The notes below the pieces were generated by a model. It worked only from the letters and a program-made list of their open reading frames with translations. It searched no databases and was not told the DNA's origin. The translations under genes and the position numbers were made by a program. A stretch of DNA of 56,674 bases from Flavobacteriales bacterium (GTDB taxonomy: Bacteria; Bacteroidota; Bacteroidia; UBA10329). This document shows positions 47,094 through 56,674 of the stretch, one piece after another. The stretch spans positions 1-56,674 of the forward strand of contig JBDNJH010000176.1 of assembly GCA_041687875.1 (NCBI GenBank). The letters are read 5' to 3'. The number at the start of each line of letters is the position of its first letter. Position 1 is the stretch's first letter.

Positions 47094-49151
47094 ATGAAGG
47101 CTTGGAACGCGTTTCCGATGGTGCGCCTCGTTCTGCCATTCATGGCGGGAATTGTCCTGTTTTCGTTTCTGTTGGAGGAGGTTGAATTTGGTACGGAGCT
47201 GATTTTATTAGGGCTATTATTCGCAGGTATCCTTATCGCATCATTGGCAATTGCCCATGGCAAGGGGAGGCGGCCTCATTTGTTTGGGCTGTGTCTCATG
47301 CCGCTACTTTTTTTACTGGGAGGGCTCCTTACTATTTCAGGTTCTAACTACGTTTTTCCTGAACATTTGAATGAAGAAAAGTTAGGAAATACTGCTCAAG
47401 TCTTCTCGGCAAGGGTGTCAGAACAACCTCAAGTAAAGGAAAAGTCTGTTAAGGTTGTTGCCAATCTGGTAGACAAAACCGAAACCATGAATGGAACGGC
47501 ACTACTTTACTTTCAGGTTGATTCAGCTTCGCTCTATCCGAAGTACGGAGAAGAACTCTTGATTAAAACCCAATTACAACCAGTCTTAGAGGTAGGAAAT
47601 CCGAATGAGTTCAATTATCCGAGGTATCTGCGTTTCCACGACATTCTTTTTAGAGGATATGTGAAGTCAGATGATTGGAAGCGTTTATCACGTGGAAGTC
47701 CTGGAGTTACTGGCTGGTTTGCGGATTTTCGGTCAAAACTTATTGGGAAGTTCAAGGAAGCTGGACTGGAAGGAGATGAACTTTCGGTGGCATCAGCACT
47801 TATTTTGGGACATAGAACAGAACTGGATAAGGACCTGATGGCCGCGTATGCAGGTGCGGGGGCTACCCATGTATTGGCTGTTTCAGGGTTACATGTTGGT
47901 ATCGTTTACCTAATTCTGAATAATCTTCTCCGTTTTCTTGACAGATATAAGTTTGGGAAGATTCTTAAGACGGTGCTCTTAATTGCCTTGCTTATGGGCT
48001 ACGCTATATTAACTGGTCTATCGGCTTCGGTATCCCGAGCAGCCGTCATGTTTGTCTTTGTTGCTTTTGGAAAAGCAATGGATAGAGATTCGAACATTTT
48101 TAATACCCTGGCAGCATCAGCATTTTTCCTTCTTCTTTATGATCCCATGATGATAATGCAGGTTGGATTTCAGCTTTCTTATTTGGCGGTTATCGGAATT
48201 GTGGTCATCCATCCAATCTTGTTCAACTTAAAAACAGTTGAAAATAGGTTGGCCGATTGGATATGGTCAATTTCCTGCGTATCAATAGCAGCCCAGATTG
48301 TGACGTTTCCGTTGGGATTGCTCTATTTTCATCAGTTCCCAAACTTGTTTCTCTTGTCAAATCTTGTTGTGATTCCTGCGGCAACCCTAATTCTTTACCT
48401 CGGATTTGGTCTGCTTGTATTCGGTCTTTGGACGCCTTTACTTCCGGTCTTTGGTTTTTTGCTGAAGTGGGTCATTCTGATTCTGAATCAAGTTGTTGTT
48501 TGGATTGAGCAGATTCCATATTCTGTCCTGTCTGGAATTGATATTTCAACTGTTGAAGCCCTAATGATCTATTTTATAATCTTAGGGATTCTCGTATTTA
48601 TAATTCAACAACAACGAATTGGGTTTTATCTGAGCCTAGGTGTTGCATTCATCTTTATGATCTTTCAAACGGTTGAGGTTTACGAACAGAAGAATCAAGA
48701 ATTCATCACCGTCTACAACGTGAAGGGACAAACTGCTGTAGCACTGGTGAATGGAACAGAGGTAACTTTCATTTCAAGGAAAGAGCTTTATGAAAATGAG
48801 CAAGCCATGCTGTTTCATATCCGCCACCATTGGTGGAACAAAGGAATAGAAGACGAAAAATTTATTGAGTTGAATGACTCTTTAATGAACCGTAGGCTGG
48901 CTTGGGGCGGTAAGTCGCTTGCCATCCTAAATCTAAAAGATAGTTCAGGTCTAAAGATGTTACAGGAAGAAAATATCACTCACTTTATTGTTGATGCTTC
49001 AGATTGGAAGAACTGTCAAACTTTGTCTGAACTCAACGGAGAACTTATTATTTCCAATCGATTCGGGTTTAAAACTGCGGATAGAATCAGACATCTGAAT
49101 CCTGAGAAAGCACGGTTCGTTTCAGAAATTGGTGCGCTTACTATTGATTGA
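47094..49151 (+). CDS. comEC: ComEC/Rec2 family competence channel protein
   Basis: About 685 aa and polytopic. GATHVLAVSGLHVGIV competence-domain motif. Confidence 0.85.
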   Translation: MKAWNAFPMVRLVLPFMAGIVLFSFLLEEVEFGTELILLGLLFAGILIASLAIAHGKGRRPHLFGLCLMPLLFLLGGLLTISGSNYVFPEHLNEEKLGNTAQVFSARVSEQPQVKEKSVKVVANLVDKTETMNGTALLYFQVDSASLYPKYGEELLIKTQLQPVLEVGNPNEFNYPRYLRFHDILFRGYVKSDDWKRLSRGSPGVTGWFADFRSKLIGKFKEAGLEGDELSVASALILGHRTELDKDLMAAYAGAGATHVLAVSGLHVGIVYLILNNLLRFLDRYKFGKILKTVLLIALLMGYAILTGLSASVSRAAVMFVFVAFGKAMDRDSNIFNTLAASAFFLLLYDPMMIMQVGFQLSYLAVIGIVVIHPILFNLKTVENRLADWIWSISCVSIAAQIVTFPLGLLYFHQFPNLFLLSNLVVIPAATLILYLGFGLLVFGLWTPLLPVFGFLLKWVILILNQVVVWIEQIPYSVLSGIDISTVEALMIYFIILGILVFIIQQQRIGFYLSLGVAFIFMIFQTVEVYEQKNQEFITVYNVKGQTAVALVNGTEVTFISRKELYENEQAMLFHIRHHWWNKGIEDEKFIELNDSLMNRRLAWGGKSLAILNLKDSSGLKMLQEENITHFIVDASDWKNCQTLSELNGELIISNRFGFKTADRIRHLNPEKARFVSEIGALTID

Positions 49152-49404
49152 TAATAGGGTGAAGAAGAAAATCTGATTCCACATCAGCGTATCAGCACTG
49201 GATTATCGGATAAATAAGCGGATTGTTTTCCTGTCCGGAAGTAAACATATAATCTATGGTTTCGCCACTTGTTTCGCTGTGATGGCTGCTGTTTTGAGTT
49301 CTTATCGAAGGGCGGGCGACTTAGGATGTGTTTTTATTGAAATGCCAAGTGATTCTGAAACAAGCAACCTTACCCTGATTGAATCTGGTAAACAATTGGT
49401 ATAT

Positions 49405-49438
49405 CAAAAAAGAAAAAGCCGATTCAACTGAATCGGCT
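49405..49438 (-). terminator. intrinsic terminator after the tail-fibre-domain gene
   Basis: agccgattc / gaatcggct stem. On the minus strand it is followed by tttttctttttt. Confidence 0.7.
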
Positions 49439-49467
49439 CATCTTAAATTTTTATGAAACCTGAATGT

Positions 49468-50838
49468 TTATTTCTCAGCAGTTTTAATGTACTCCGAAAT
49501 TGCTTCAACACTTGCCTTTAACACACCAAGCTCCTTGCTTTGAGAATTGATAATGTCTTGTTGTTCTTTGATTGCTTCTAAAAGCAATGGAACCATGTGG
49601 CTGTATTGAACGGATTTGTAGCCATTCTCATCTGTGCTAACCAATTCAGGAACGAATTTCTCAATCTGTTGGGCTATTACACCATATTCCATTCTGTCAG
49701 TAAATGATCTTTCAGGGAATTCTTCTGTTCTCCAGTTGTAGGTTACTCCTTCCAAACTCAAAACAGTTGACAATGCATTTGAAATACCAGCGATGTTCTT
49801 CTTGAATCGAGCATCTGATGTTTCCTGAATTCCCTGAGAATTGAACTTGCCATCGATGGTTAAATTACCATCATGAGCCAAAAACAATCGTTCTTCAAGG
49901 CTACCACCTGATAGGAGCGAAATGTGAAAACGACCTTGAGTATTTGCACTTGGGTTGGTAACACCAAGACGGCCAAGCGTAGCGGCTGGAGCAAAGGAGT
50001 TTGCAAAGTCAATAAAACCAACTTCCCTCGTGTTTCCTGCGCTTGGAGCACTTCCTCTGTTTCCAATTAATCTCATTCCTACGCCATTGGACGCAGCAGT
50101 ATTTTCAATTGTATAAGCCGTATTAGTGTTGTCTGAGTTAGGATTGCTTCCAGAAGTAGTAATAGACACTTGCATCTGTTTTACAGGAAAAACTTTGATG
50201 TTTTCCATATTTGCAGTAGCGTCAAACGCAATTCTTGGAGAGGTCGAGCCTCTTCCGATCCAACCACCATCAACGGTCGTTAAAATGTTTCCTTGTCCAG
50301 CAGCTGGAGTAAGAGCAGCATCACCAACTCTAATACCTTGCCCAACGGCCAATGTTGATGCGACAGATGCCGTGGTTCCAACAGTCAAAGTCGTTCCTAT
50401 TCTTCCTGTTGCGCTAATATCGAAGCTTCCTGGAGTTTGTGTACCAGGGGTAATACTTGTGTTGATTATAAAACCTCCTGTAACGTCATCTTCACTAGCA
50501 AGATATTTCCAAGTAGTACCGTTCCAAAAAGTGTATCGTCCAGTCCCTGTAGATAATGGTGCATCAGTAGTATAAACTATCATGCCCAAATCTCCTGAAG
50601 CGGTAGGACCAACACCCAATGCCCCACCCCTTTGCGCTGTTGTCATTCGAGGTAGCAAGACACCTTTATATCTGTTGCTTGCAGATGGTACATTCACATT
50701 GATGTCTAGAAGCGAGTTCGGATCTGGAGTTGCACCGTTGTCACTTATCCCTACAGATTGTCCAAGCGCATCGTTAAGCGTCAATGAGGTGACAGAAGTT
50801 AAGATCAGGCCAAGTAGGATTTTGTTTATGTGTTTCAT
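49468..50838 (-). CDS. secreted protein with C-terminal phage tail-fibre/endosialidase intramolecular-chaperone (Peptidase_S74-like) domain
   Basis: 456 aa. Signal peptide. Gly/Thr/Ser-rich beta-rich body. C-terminus SDARFKKNI...LEGVTYNWR...YGVIAQQIEKFVPELV...VQYSHMVPLLLEAIKEQQ plus a terminal coiled coil. Confidence 0.8.
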   Translation of the reverse strand: MKHINKILLGLILTSVTSLTLNDALGQSVGISDNGATPDPNSLLDINVNVPSASNRYKGVLLPRMTTAQRGGALGVGPTASGDLGMIVYTTDAPLSTGTGRYTFWNGTTWKYLASEDDVTGGFIINTSITPGTQTPGSFDISATGRIGTTLTVGTTASVASTLAVGQGIRVGDAALTPAAGQGNILTTVDGGWIGRGSTSPRIAFDATANMENIKVFPVKQMQVSITTSGSNPNSDNTNTAYTIENTAASNGVGMRLIGNRGSAPSAGNTREVGFIDFANSFAPAATLGRLGVTNPSANTQGRFHISLLSGGSLEERLFLAHDGNLTIDGKFNSQGIQETSDARFKKNIAGISNALSTVLSLEGVTYNWRTEEFPERSFTDRMEYGVIAQQIEKFVPELVSTDENGYKSVQYSHMVPLLLEAIKEQQDIINSQSKELGVLKASVEAISEYIKTAEK

Positions 50839-51023
50839 AGTCGGTATTTATGATTTCATCTTTATTCAATCAAACAGACCGTTGTTCTGTCATTGATGGA
50901 AACAAATTTACTATTTCATTCAACAGTTTTTGTCTAAAGTGAAACAACTTGAAACGATTTTTTAACTTTCAGACCTGCAATTTGTCGATAATTTAGTTTT
51001 ACTCAACGTAAATAACTCATTCT

Positions 51024-52574
51024 ATGTCTAAGGGCGATCGCTTGTTTGAATTGGTTCAATCTCTGGAGTTGAACGAAAAGAGATACTTTAAATTACAGGC
51101 ATCCCTTCAAAAGAAGGATAGTAATCTAGCTCGTTTATTCGATTACTATTCCGATTCAAAAGGATTTGACGAGGATGAAGTAAGAATTCGGTTTGAGGGA
51201 GAGAAATTTCTCGAGCAGTTGGCGGTTACTCAGAATCATTTGTACGAATCGATTTTGAAGGCTATGCGGCTTTATCACTTAAAACGTACGGTCGAATTTA
51301 GACTTTACGGAATGATTCAAGATGTACAGTTTCTGTATGAAAAGGGCTTGGTTGAGCAATCGTTCGGACTCTTAAAAAAGGTTCGTAAGATGGCTGAGAA
51401 AAACGATAGTTTTCAGGTGATTCTGTTGGTTTTGGAATGGGAATCTCGTTTTTTGTCGGAAGAGTTCTACATTGAGAAGGACGAATCTGACATTGATACC
51501 ATATCAGAAGAATATTACGAGATACTTGGTTCACTACAAAATGAGCGAGAGTATGGTGATTTGCAATCCAAAATTTTCAACAACTATTATAAGATAGGAA
51601 TTGAGAGAAGGAATGAAGATTACAAGACCAATGATCAGATTGTAAATCAATTTGCACTTAAAAATCCGGACAGGGCCTTAACTTTTCGTTCTAAATGTTG
51701 CTTCCTTAATATTCACGCTCAGTACAATAAAATCAATGGAAATTGGGAAGAAGCGTACCGATACAGACAAGATTTACTCAATTTAGTTGAGCAGAAATTT
51801 GGAACAGCATATAGTAGAAGCATCGTACATAGCTATTTTGTGGCTCTCAATAACTTAATTCCCATATGTGTTAAACTGCGTAAATGGGATGAAGTGGAAG
51901 AGTTGATTGATAAACTCGAGGCAATTGAAGGAAAATCGTTGAAGAGCCATTTTTCGGATGAGATAGGAACGAGAGTATTTCTTCAAGCATCTATAGCAAA
52001 GTTGGCTCTTTATACGCGCTTAGGAAATCGCGCAAAAGGGCTTGAGTTGGTTGGCAGAATTAGGGATTTGCAAGAGAAAATTGATGGATACCATCGGAAA
52101 TATGTTGTGCTGCATCTTTATTTCAATGTGTCTTATTTTCTATTCAGCATTGGAGAATACTCTAGATCGCTAAGGTGGTTAAACATGATACTGAATGGTA
52201 CGGCCATCAATTCGGTCGAGGATCTTCATGCATCAACCAGACTTATGACTATGATTCTGCAATTCGAACTGGGACGAAGCGAAATGCTGGAGTATCTCGC
52301 TAGATCAACATATAGATACCTTAATAAATTGGAAGGACTTTATGCTTTTGAGGAAATCATGCTTACGTTCATGAAGAAGTTTTCGAAGAATGATTTATTG
52401 AGACGGGATAAGGACATTTTTATCAAGCTTAAAGCTGATCTAATGGCGGTGAGCTATGAGCCAGGAGAGCGGAATGCTCTTTCTACCCTCGATCTTATAT
52501 CATGGGTAGAGTCTAAAATTTCAGACCAACCTTTGCACGAATTGCTGAAAGCGAAAAACTATGCAAAAGACTAA
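51024..52574 (+). CDS. hypothetical all-helical (TPR-like) protein, paralog of the 4296..5849 ORF
   Basis: 516 aa. Overlaps the hutH start by 14 nt. Confidence 0.7.
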   Translation: MSKGDRLFELVQSLELNEKRYFKLQASLQKKDSNLARLFDYYSDSKGFDEDEVRIRFEGEKFLEQLAVTQNHLYESILKAMRLYHLKRTVEFRLYGMIQDVQFLYEKGLVEQSFGLLKKVRKMAEKNDSFQVILLVLEWESRFLSEEFYIEKDESDIDTISEEYYEILGSLQNEREYGDLQSKIFNNYYKIGIERRNEDYKTNDQIVNQFALKNPDRALTFRSKCCFLNIHAQYNKINGNWEEAYRYRQDLLNLVEQKFGTAYSRSIVHSYFVALNNLIPICVKLRKWDEVEELIDKLEAIEGKSLKSHFSDEIGTRVFLQASIAKLALYTRLGNRAKGLELVGRIRDLQEKIDGYHRKYVVLHLYFNVSYFLFSIGEYSRSLRWLNMILNGTAINSVEDLHASTRLMTMILQFELGRSEMLEYLARSTYRYLNKLEGLYAFEEIMLTFMKKFSKNDLLRRDKDIFIKLKADLMAVSYEPGERNALSTLDLISWVESKISDQPLHELLKAKNYAKD

Positions 52575-54039
52575 GTTTACTATAGAAAGCCTTTCAGAAT
52601 TGCTGGGCAGTGCCAAGCTGGAGATTCCTAATTCGGCCCTTACTGATATTGAGCGTTCTTACGAATATTTGAACGAACGCGTAGCTCGAACGGGCGAAAC
52701 CATCTACGGAGTAAATACTGGTTTCGGTTCGCTAAGTGATATACGGATTGATGACGATGGACTTGAAGCGCTCCAATCCAACCTGATTCTCTCTCATGCC
52801 TGTGGTACTGGAAAGCGCGTTCCGAATAATATTGTGCGCGCCATGCTCTGCCTAAAGGTGTGGAATATGCTTTACGGTAATAGTGGTGTTCATAAAGAAA
52901 CGGTGCTTCGTTTGGTCGACCATTTTAATTTTGATATCCTTCCTATTATATACACGCAAGGTTCACTTGGTGCCAGTGGCGATTTGGCTCCTCTTGCGCA
53001 TTTGTGTCTTCCGTTGATTGGCCAAGGCGATGTGATAATGAACGGGAAGCAAGTGTTGGCAAAAGATGCCTTAGCCGAATTAGGGTGGAAACCTCTTCAA
53101 CTGCGGATGAAAGAGGGATTAGCGCTTCTTAATGGTACCCAATTCATGTCGGCCTATGGTGCGTATTGTGTTTTCCATGCTGAACGACTAGGATTATTGG
53201 CCGATTTGATTGGGGCCATTGCTTTGGATGCTTACGGTGGTTTGACCGCGCCATTCGATCCTTCTGTTCATGAAGTGAGACCACATCCTGGTCAAATCAC
53301 TTCTGCAAAAAGACTGCGGGCATTTTTGAATGATAGTCCACTTGCAACCAAACCAAAAGAGCACATACAGGATCCATATTCTTTTCGCTGTATGCCTCAA
53401 GTGCATGGGGCAAGTTTGGATGCCATCGAGCATGTGAAACAAGTGGTTGAACGCGAATTGAATTCAGTTTCGGATAATCCGTTGATCTTTCCTGATGAGG
53501 ACAAGATTATTTCAGCAGGCAACTTCCATGGACAGCCGTTGGCCATAGCTTATGATTATTTGGCCATTGCATTGGCGGAATTGGCCAACATTTCTGAGCG
53601 AAGAACCTTTCAACTCATCATGGGAAAGAATGGCTTGCCAGTTTATCTAGTAAAAAAGCCAGGGCTGCATTCCGGTTTTATGATTCCTCAGTATACATCT
53701 GCTGGAATTGTAAGTCAGAACAAGCAATTGTGCACTCCCGCTTCTGTTGATAGCATCGTGAGTTCTAACGGGCAAGAAGACCATGTGAGTATGGGGGCAA
53801 ACGCGGCTACCAAACTATATGAAGTGGTTGAAAATGTATATCAGGTATTGGCAATCGAACTCTTCACTGCGGCTCAGGCTTTAGATTTCAGACGGCCAGA
53901 AAAAAGTTCGCCCGTTATTGAGAAATTCATGGAACAGTACCGTAAACTCGTTCCATTCTTACACGAGGACGAGCAAATGCATCCGCATATGGTTGGAACG
54001 AAGGACTTCTTGATGAAAGTGGATTTGCCTAAAACCTAA
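52561..54039 (+). CDS. hutH: histidine ammonia-lyase (aromatic amino acid lyase family)
   Basis: 492 aa. MIO-forming GSLGASGDLAPLAHL and overall HAL collinearity. Confidence 0.9.
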   Translation: MQKTKFTIESLSELLGSAKLEIPNSALTDIERSYEYLNERVARTGETIYGVNTGFGSLSDIRIDDDGLEALQSNLILSHACGTGKRVPNNIVRAMLCLKVWNMLYGNSGVHKETVLRLVDHFNFDILPIIYTQGSLGASGDLAPLAHLCLPLIGQGDVIMNGKQVLAKDALAELGWKPLQLRMKEGLALLNGTQFMSAYGAYCVFHAERLGLLADLIGAIALDAYGGLTAPFDPSVHEVRPHPGQITSAKRLRAFLNDSPLATKPKEHIQDPYSFRCMPQVHGASLDAIEHVKQVVERELNSVSDNPLIFPDEDKIISAGNFHGQPLAIAYDYLAIALAELANISERRTFQLIMGKNGLPVYLVKKPGLHSGFMIPQYTSAGIVSQNKQLCTPASVDSIVSSNGQEDHVSMGANAATKLYEVVENVYQVLAIELFTAAQALDFRRPEKSSPVIEKFMEQYRKLVPFLHEDEQMHPHMVGTKDFLMKVDLPKT

Positions 54040-54714
54040 TCAGAGCTTATCTGGGTCGTTGCCCATCAACACATACTGAACAAGGTTGGATCCCATTTGA
54101 AGGGCTTTGGTTCTCGATTCATTACTGTCGCCATGAACCGCTGGGCTTTCCCAGCCATCCCCGAGGTCACATTCGAAAGAATAGAATAATACTAATCGCC
54201 CATTATGAATGATTCCCAAACCTTCAGGACGTTTCTCCTCGTGCTCATGAATTTTTGGGAGTCCCTTTTTGAAATCAAATTTTTGGTGATAGATAGGATG
54301 CGAAAATGGTAGCTCAATTAGTTCATACTCAGGGAACACCTTCTTTATTTCAGTTCTGACAAATTGATCCATCCCATAATTATCGTCAATATGGAGAAAG
54401 CCACCTGAAAGCAAATACGTTCTCAAGTTCTGAGACTCTTGATCGGAAAAAATCACGTTTCCGTGACCAGTCATGTGTATGAAGGGATATTTGAATAACT
54501 CTTTCGAACCGATTTCAACTACTTCTTGTTCAGGATCTATTTCAGCATTCAATTCCTTATTGCAAAATTCAATCAAATTAGGAACGGATGTGGTAAGATT
54601 CGCATACCAATCGCCACCTCCATTATACTTCAGAACGGCAAGTTTGAAGTTCTGCGCATTCAGAGCAAAAGTGTTTAGTAGTACTAGTACTGACCAGAGA
54701 AGTATGCTTTTCAT
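54040..54714 (-). CDS. DUF4159-like secreted protein
   Basis: The ATG at 54714 gives a signal peptide (MKSILLWSVLVLLNTFALNAQ). LKYNGGGDWY...FIHMTGHG pattern. Confidence 0.65.
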   Translation of the reverse strand: MKSILLWSVLVLLNTFALNAQNFKLAVLKYNGGGDWYANLTTSVPNLIEFCNKELNAEIDPEQEVVEIGSKELFKYPFIHMTGHGNVIFSDQESQNLRTYLLSGGFLHIDDNYGMDQFVRTEIKKVFPEYELIELPFSHPIYHQKFDFKKGLPKIHEHEEKRPEGLGIIHNGRLVLFYSFECDLGDGWESPAVHGDSNESRTKALQMGSNLVQYVLMGNDPDKL

Positions 54715-54876
54715 TGTTTCAAATAATTCATCACCGAAAGTTAATACGGTAATTAAGTTCTTGTTTATCAATCACTTACGATAAAATGATTTTCTCAAGG
54801 TACAAATAGGGTACAAAACACTCTAGAAACAAGGGGTTAGTTGCTCCGCTTGGTGTTTAATTCAAGTCAAATTTGA

Positions 54877-55557
54877 TTACCAATCCGAGTTCTCCTCAAT
54901 TAATGGTTTTCTAACGTGATTTGAATATGAATTTACCATCGATTGAAGTTCAGCTTTTAAAGTTGACATAAGTTCTAAATATCTAGCTTCATTTACTCCC
55001 GTAGTTATAAGCCCTTTACTATCAGGGTATGTATCTGCTACTGGCATACGAGGCCATTCATACGACCCAGTTCTAGCGGCATCACAGTAAACATTATCGA
55101 CAATAATGCGGCATTTATTATCCTTTATCATAAACGTAACGCTGTATGCATACGTCCATCTATGGTTATTCATTTGATAAAAAACGTCTTGAATACTTAA
55201 ACCTTTTACTAAAATCACGCCTGATTCAGCATCATCACTCTGAATAACATTTTGTGCAGATTTCCAAGTCTGTCCAATGAATAGTTTTGTCTTGGAGTAC
55301 AGTTCGCTTTTAGAATTATCCAATGAATCAATTATAACATCCCATTTAAAACCAGTTGCATAATCGCGAATAACAGTCCTAACCAAATCTTTAGGAACTT
55401 TTGAGGTTCGCCCGTCTGGCTTTTCAAGTGTGTAATAATCTCCTTCTAAAGTGGATTTAACTACTTCTATGGTATCACCTGAATTGAGAACAACTTGGTA
55501 TTGTGCAAACAGGGAAAAAGGTAGAATAAAGAGGGTTAGTGCAAGTAGTTTTTTCAT
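54877..55557 (-). CDS. hypothetical secreted protein (DUF4468-like)
   Basis: 226 aa. Signal peptide (ILPFSLFAQ). Confidence 0.6.
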   Translation of the reverse strand: MKKLLALTLFILPFSLFAQYQVVLNSGDTIEVVKSTLEGDYYTLEKPDGRTSKVPKDLVRTVIRDYATGFKWDVIIDSLDNSKSELYSKTKLFIGQTWKSAQNVIQSDDAESGVILVKGLSIQDVFYQMNNHRWTYAYSVTFMIKDNKCRIIVDNVYCDAARTGSYEWPRMPVADTYPDSKGLITTGVNEARYLELMSTLKAELQSMVNSYSNHVRKPLIEENSDW

Positions 55558-55681
55558 GTTCAGGAATATTGGCGAAGGTTTTGGGGTTATTTCAATCTCA
55601 CTATTGAGGGGTTAAATATAGCCTTGAAAAAATACAAGTTCAAAAGGTTCATCTAATATTCTGAATTTCGTGCATTGATAC

Positions 55682-55921
55682 TTAGATAACGTCTATGTCC
55701 AAAGGGTCGTTGAAACCGATAAATGGCGAACGGTCGGCTTGGTGGCCGTACTTATCCCAGTGAATAATTAGGCCGTCAATCATTTCATCTTTGGTTAGGT
55801 TATCCAAGTAGAAACATTTGAGACTTAGGCGAATAATCTCATTCACCTGTTCAGGTGTGAGGTCGTTAGCCCTTAGGAAATCAATAAGTTCGTCAAACGT
55901 GTTAATCTGGCTTTGTTCCAT
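55682..55921 (-). CDS. small hypothetical protein
   Basis: 79 aa. Overlaps the upstream 93-aa ORF by 20 nt, which suggests an operon. Confidence 0.45.
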   Translation of the reverse strand: MEQSQINTFDELIDFLRANDLTPEQVNEIIRLSLKCFYLDNLTKDEMIDGLIIHWDKYGHQADRSPFIGFNDPLDIDVI

Positions 55922-56183
55922 TGCCTAAACTAATTATGATAGGGTTAAAGTTTTGATCGTCCTCAGCCTCTTGGGTTGGCGGCTTGGGTGTTATCAATTT
56001 CGCTACCTCCAGTATGAACCGCAAACGGGTCTCAGGGTCTGTGGCCTTTAGGTCGAGGTGAAGCTGTCCGTCTGTGTATTCATCAAAGATTTGCTGCAGC
56101 CTATCGCGCATTTCCTGGGTGCATTTGTTGGGCGTTCCCGATGAACGTCCGCCTGTCTTATGTCGGTGTTTCATTCTATTCAT
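55902..56183 (-). CDS. small hypothetical protein, phage/mobile-element flavour
   Basis: 93 aa. Basic N-terminus HKTGGRSSGTPNKCTQEMRDRL resembles small phage-encoded proteins of Bacteroidota. Memory-based, not verified. Confidence 0.45.
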   Translation of the reverse strand: MNRMKHRHKTGGRSSGTPNKCTQEMRDRLQQIFDEYTDGQLHLDLKATDPETRLRFILEVAKLITPKPPTQEAEDDQNFNPIIISLGNGTKPD

Positions 56184-56321
56184 GTCTAAAGTAGATGTGC
56201 GGTTAATAGTGCGGCCAATTGCTCCACGGTCGGGGCATTGGCATACGCTCGCGAACAGACAACAACGAACCTTTGCCGCGCACGCAAAAGGATACCCAAG
56301 AACTTTTGGTTTGCTCTCATT

Positions 56322-56663
56322 TCAAAACGGGTTTAATTCCCACGGCTCAGGCTGCTCCAGTTGCGCCCAATCAATAAGCAGTGGCATTATGTTTGCTTGG
56401 GGTGTGATGGTGTCCCTGTGGCTGTTTTGCGCCTGTTTTTCACCTGTTTGGGGCTGTTTTGGTGCGACCTCCGCGGCTGGCAATTCGGGCTCAAATGATG
56501 GTCGGGCTGCTATTAATGCGCTGGTTCTGTCGGTTTTGTCGGTGAGGGGTGACGGTGCGGAAATTCGCGGCTGGGTATCCACGTCCTTCCATGTGCCGAA
56601 AAGGTTGGCTCGTGACTTATAGCTGTGCGTAATGCAGTTGCTTGTAATCTCACTTAGCGGCAT
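56322..56663 (-). CDS. hypothetical Pro/Ala-rich protein in a GC-rich segment
   Basis: 113 aa. A 182-aa ORF on the opposite strand competes with it, so the strand choice is uncertain. Confidence 0.3.
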   Translation of the reverse strand: MPLSEITSNCITHSYKSRANLFGTWKDVDTQPRISAPSPLTDKTDRTSALIAARPSFEPELPAAEVAPKQPQTGEKQAQNSHRDTITPQANIMPLLIDWAQLEQPEPWELNPF

Positions 56664-56674
56664 CAGATGTGCAT

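Noticed and set aside
56074-56622. 182-aa plus-strand ORF in the GC-rich terminal segment
   Set aside because: It overlaps two minus-strand ORFs. High GC inflates ORF length on both strands and the product is Cys/Ser/Gly-rich with no motif. It is left uncalled, though the strand assignment here is genuinely uncertain.

Overview
This window is an AT-leaning chromosomal segment that looks like Bacteroidota (Flavobacteriia-like). The supporting signs are T9SS-type C-terminal sorting domains, a PorV/PorQ-like barrel, TAnnTTTG -7 promoter boxes and a class I FBA.

Most of the window is housekeeping: alaS, greA, ruvC, a BamA/TamA-like protein, fbaB, accD, rpsO, pnp, rpe, fabG, zapA, rny, comEC and hutH.

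Five kinds of non-routine content stand out:
1. A toxin-antitoxin island at about 37.8-40.8 kb sits between two convergent core genes. These are a 694-aa double-TM membrane protein gene and a 569-aa M23 peptidase gene. The 3' ends of both flanking genes are present in extra relic copies. Three different TA cassettes plus a YiiX-like hydrolase gene appear stacked as alternative versions of the same locus. Two unrelated TA pairs sit behind the same 31-nt promoter-bearing spacer.
2. A three-gene outer-membrane module at 9.5-18.5 kb encodes a giant plug-bearing barrel, a 1350-aa T9SS-type cargo and a PorV-like barrel. The barrel gene is interrupted by a single in-frame TAG.
3. Two damaged toxin genes are present. 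One is a frameshifted RelE/HigB-like gene at 28.3 kb. The other is a ParE-like ORF at 40.1-40.4 kb with no canonical start codon.
4. A rod-shaped structured RNA of about 205 nt lies between zapA and rny and looks like 6S RNA.
5. Several non-coding repeats are present: a 5 x 21-bp tandem array upstream of fabG, an interspersed element of about 110-135 bp in two copies, and a hairpin-rich palindromic element.

I saw no rRNA, tRNA, CRISPR array, transposase or integrase. The last ~500 nt are visibly more GC-rich, and the last ~1 kb carries small phage-like ORFs; this may be the edge of a mobile element.
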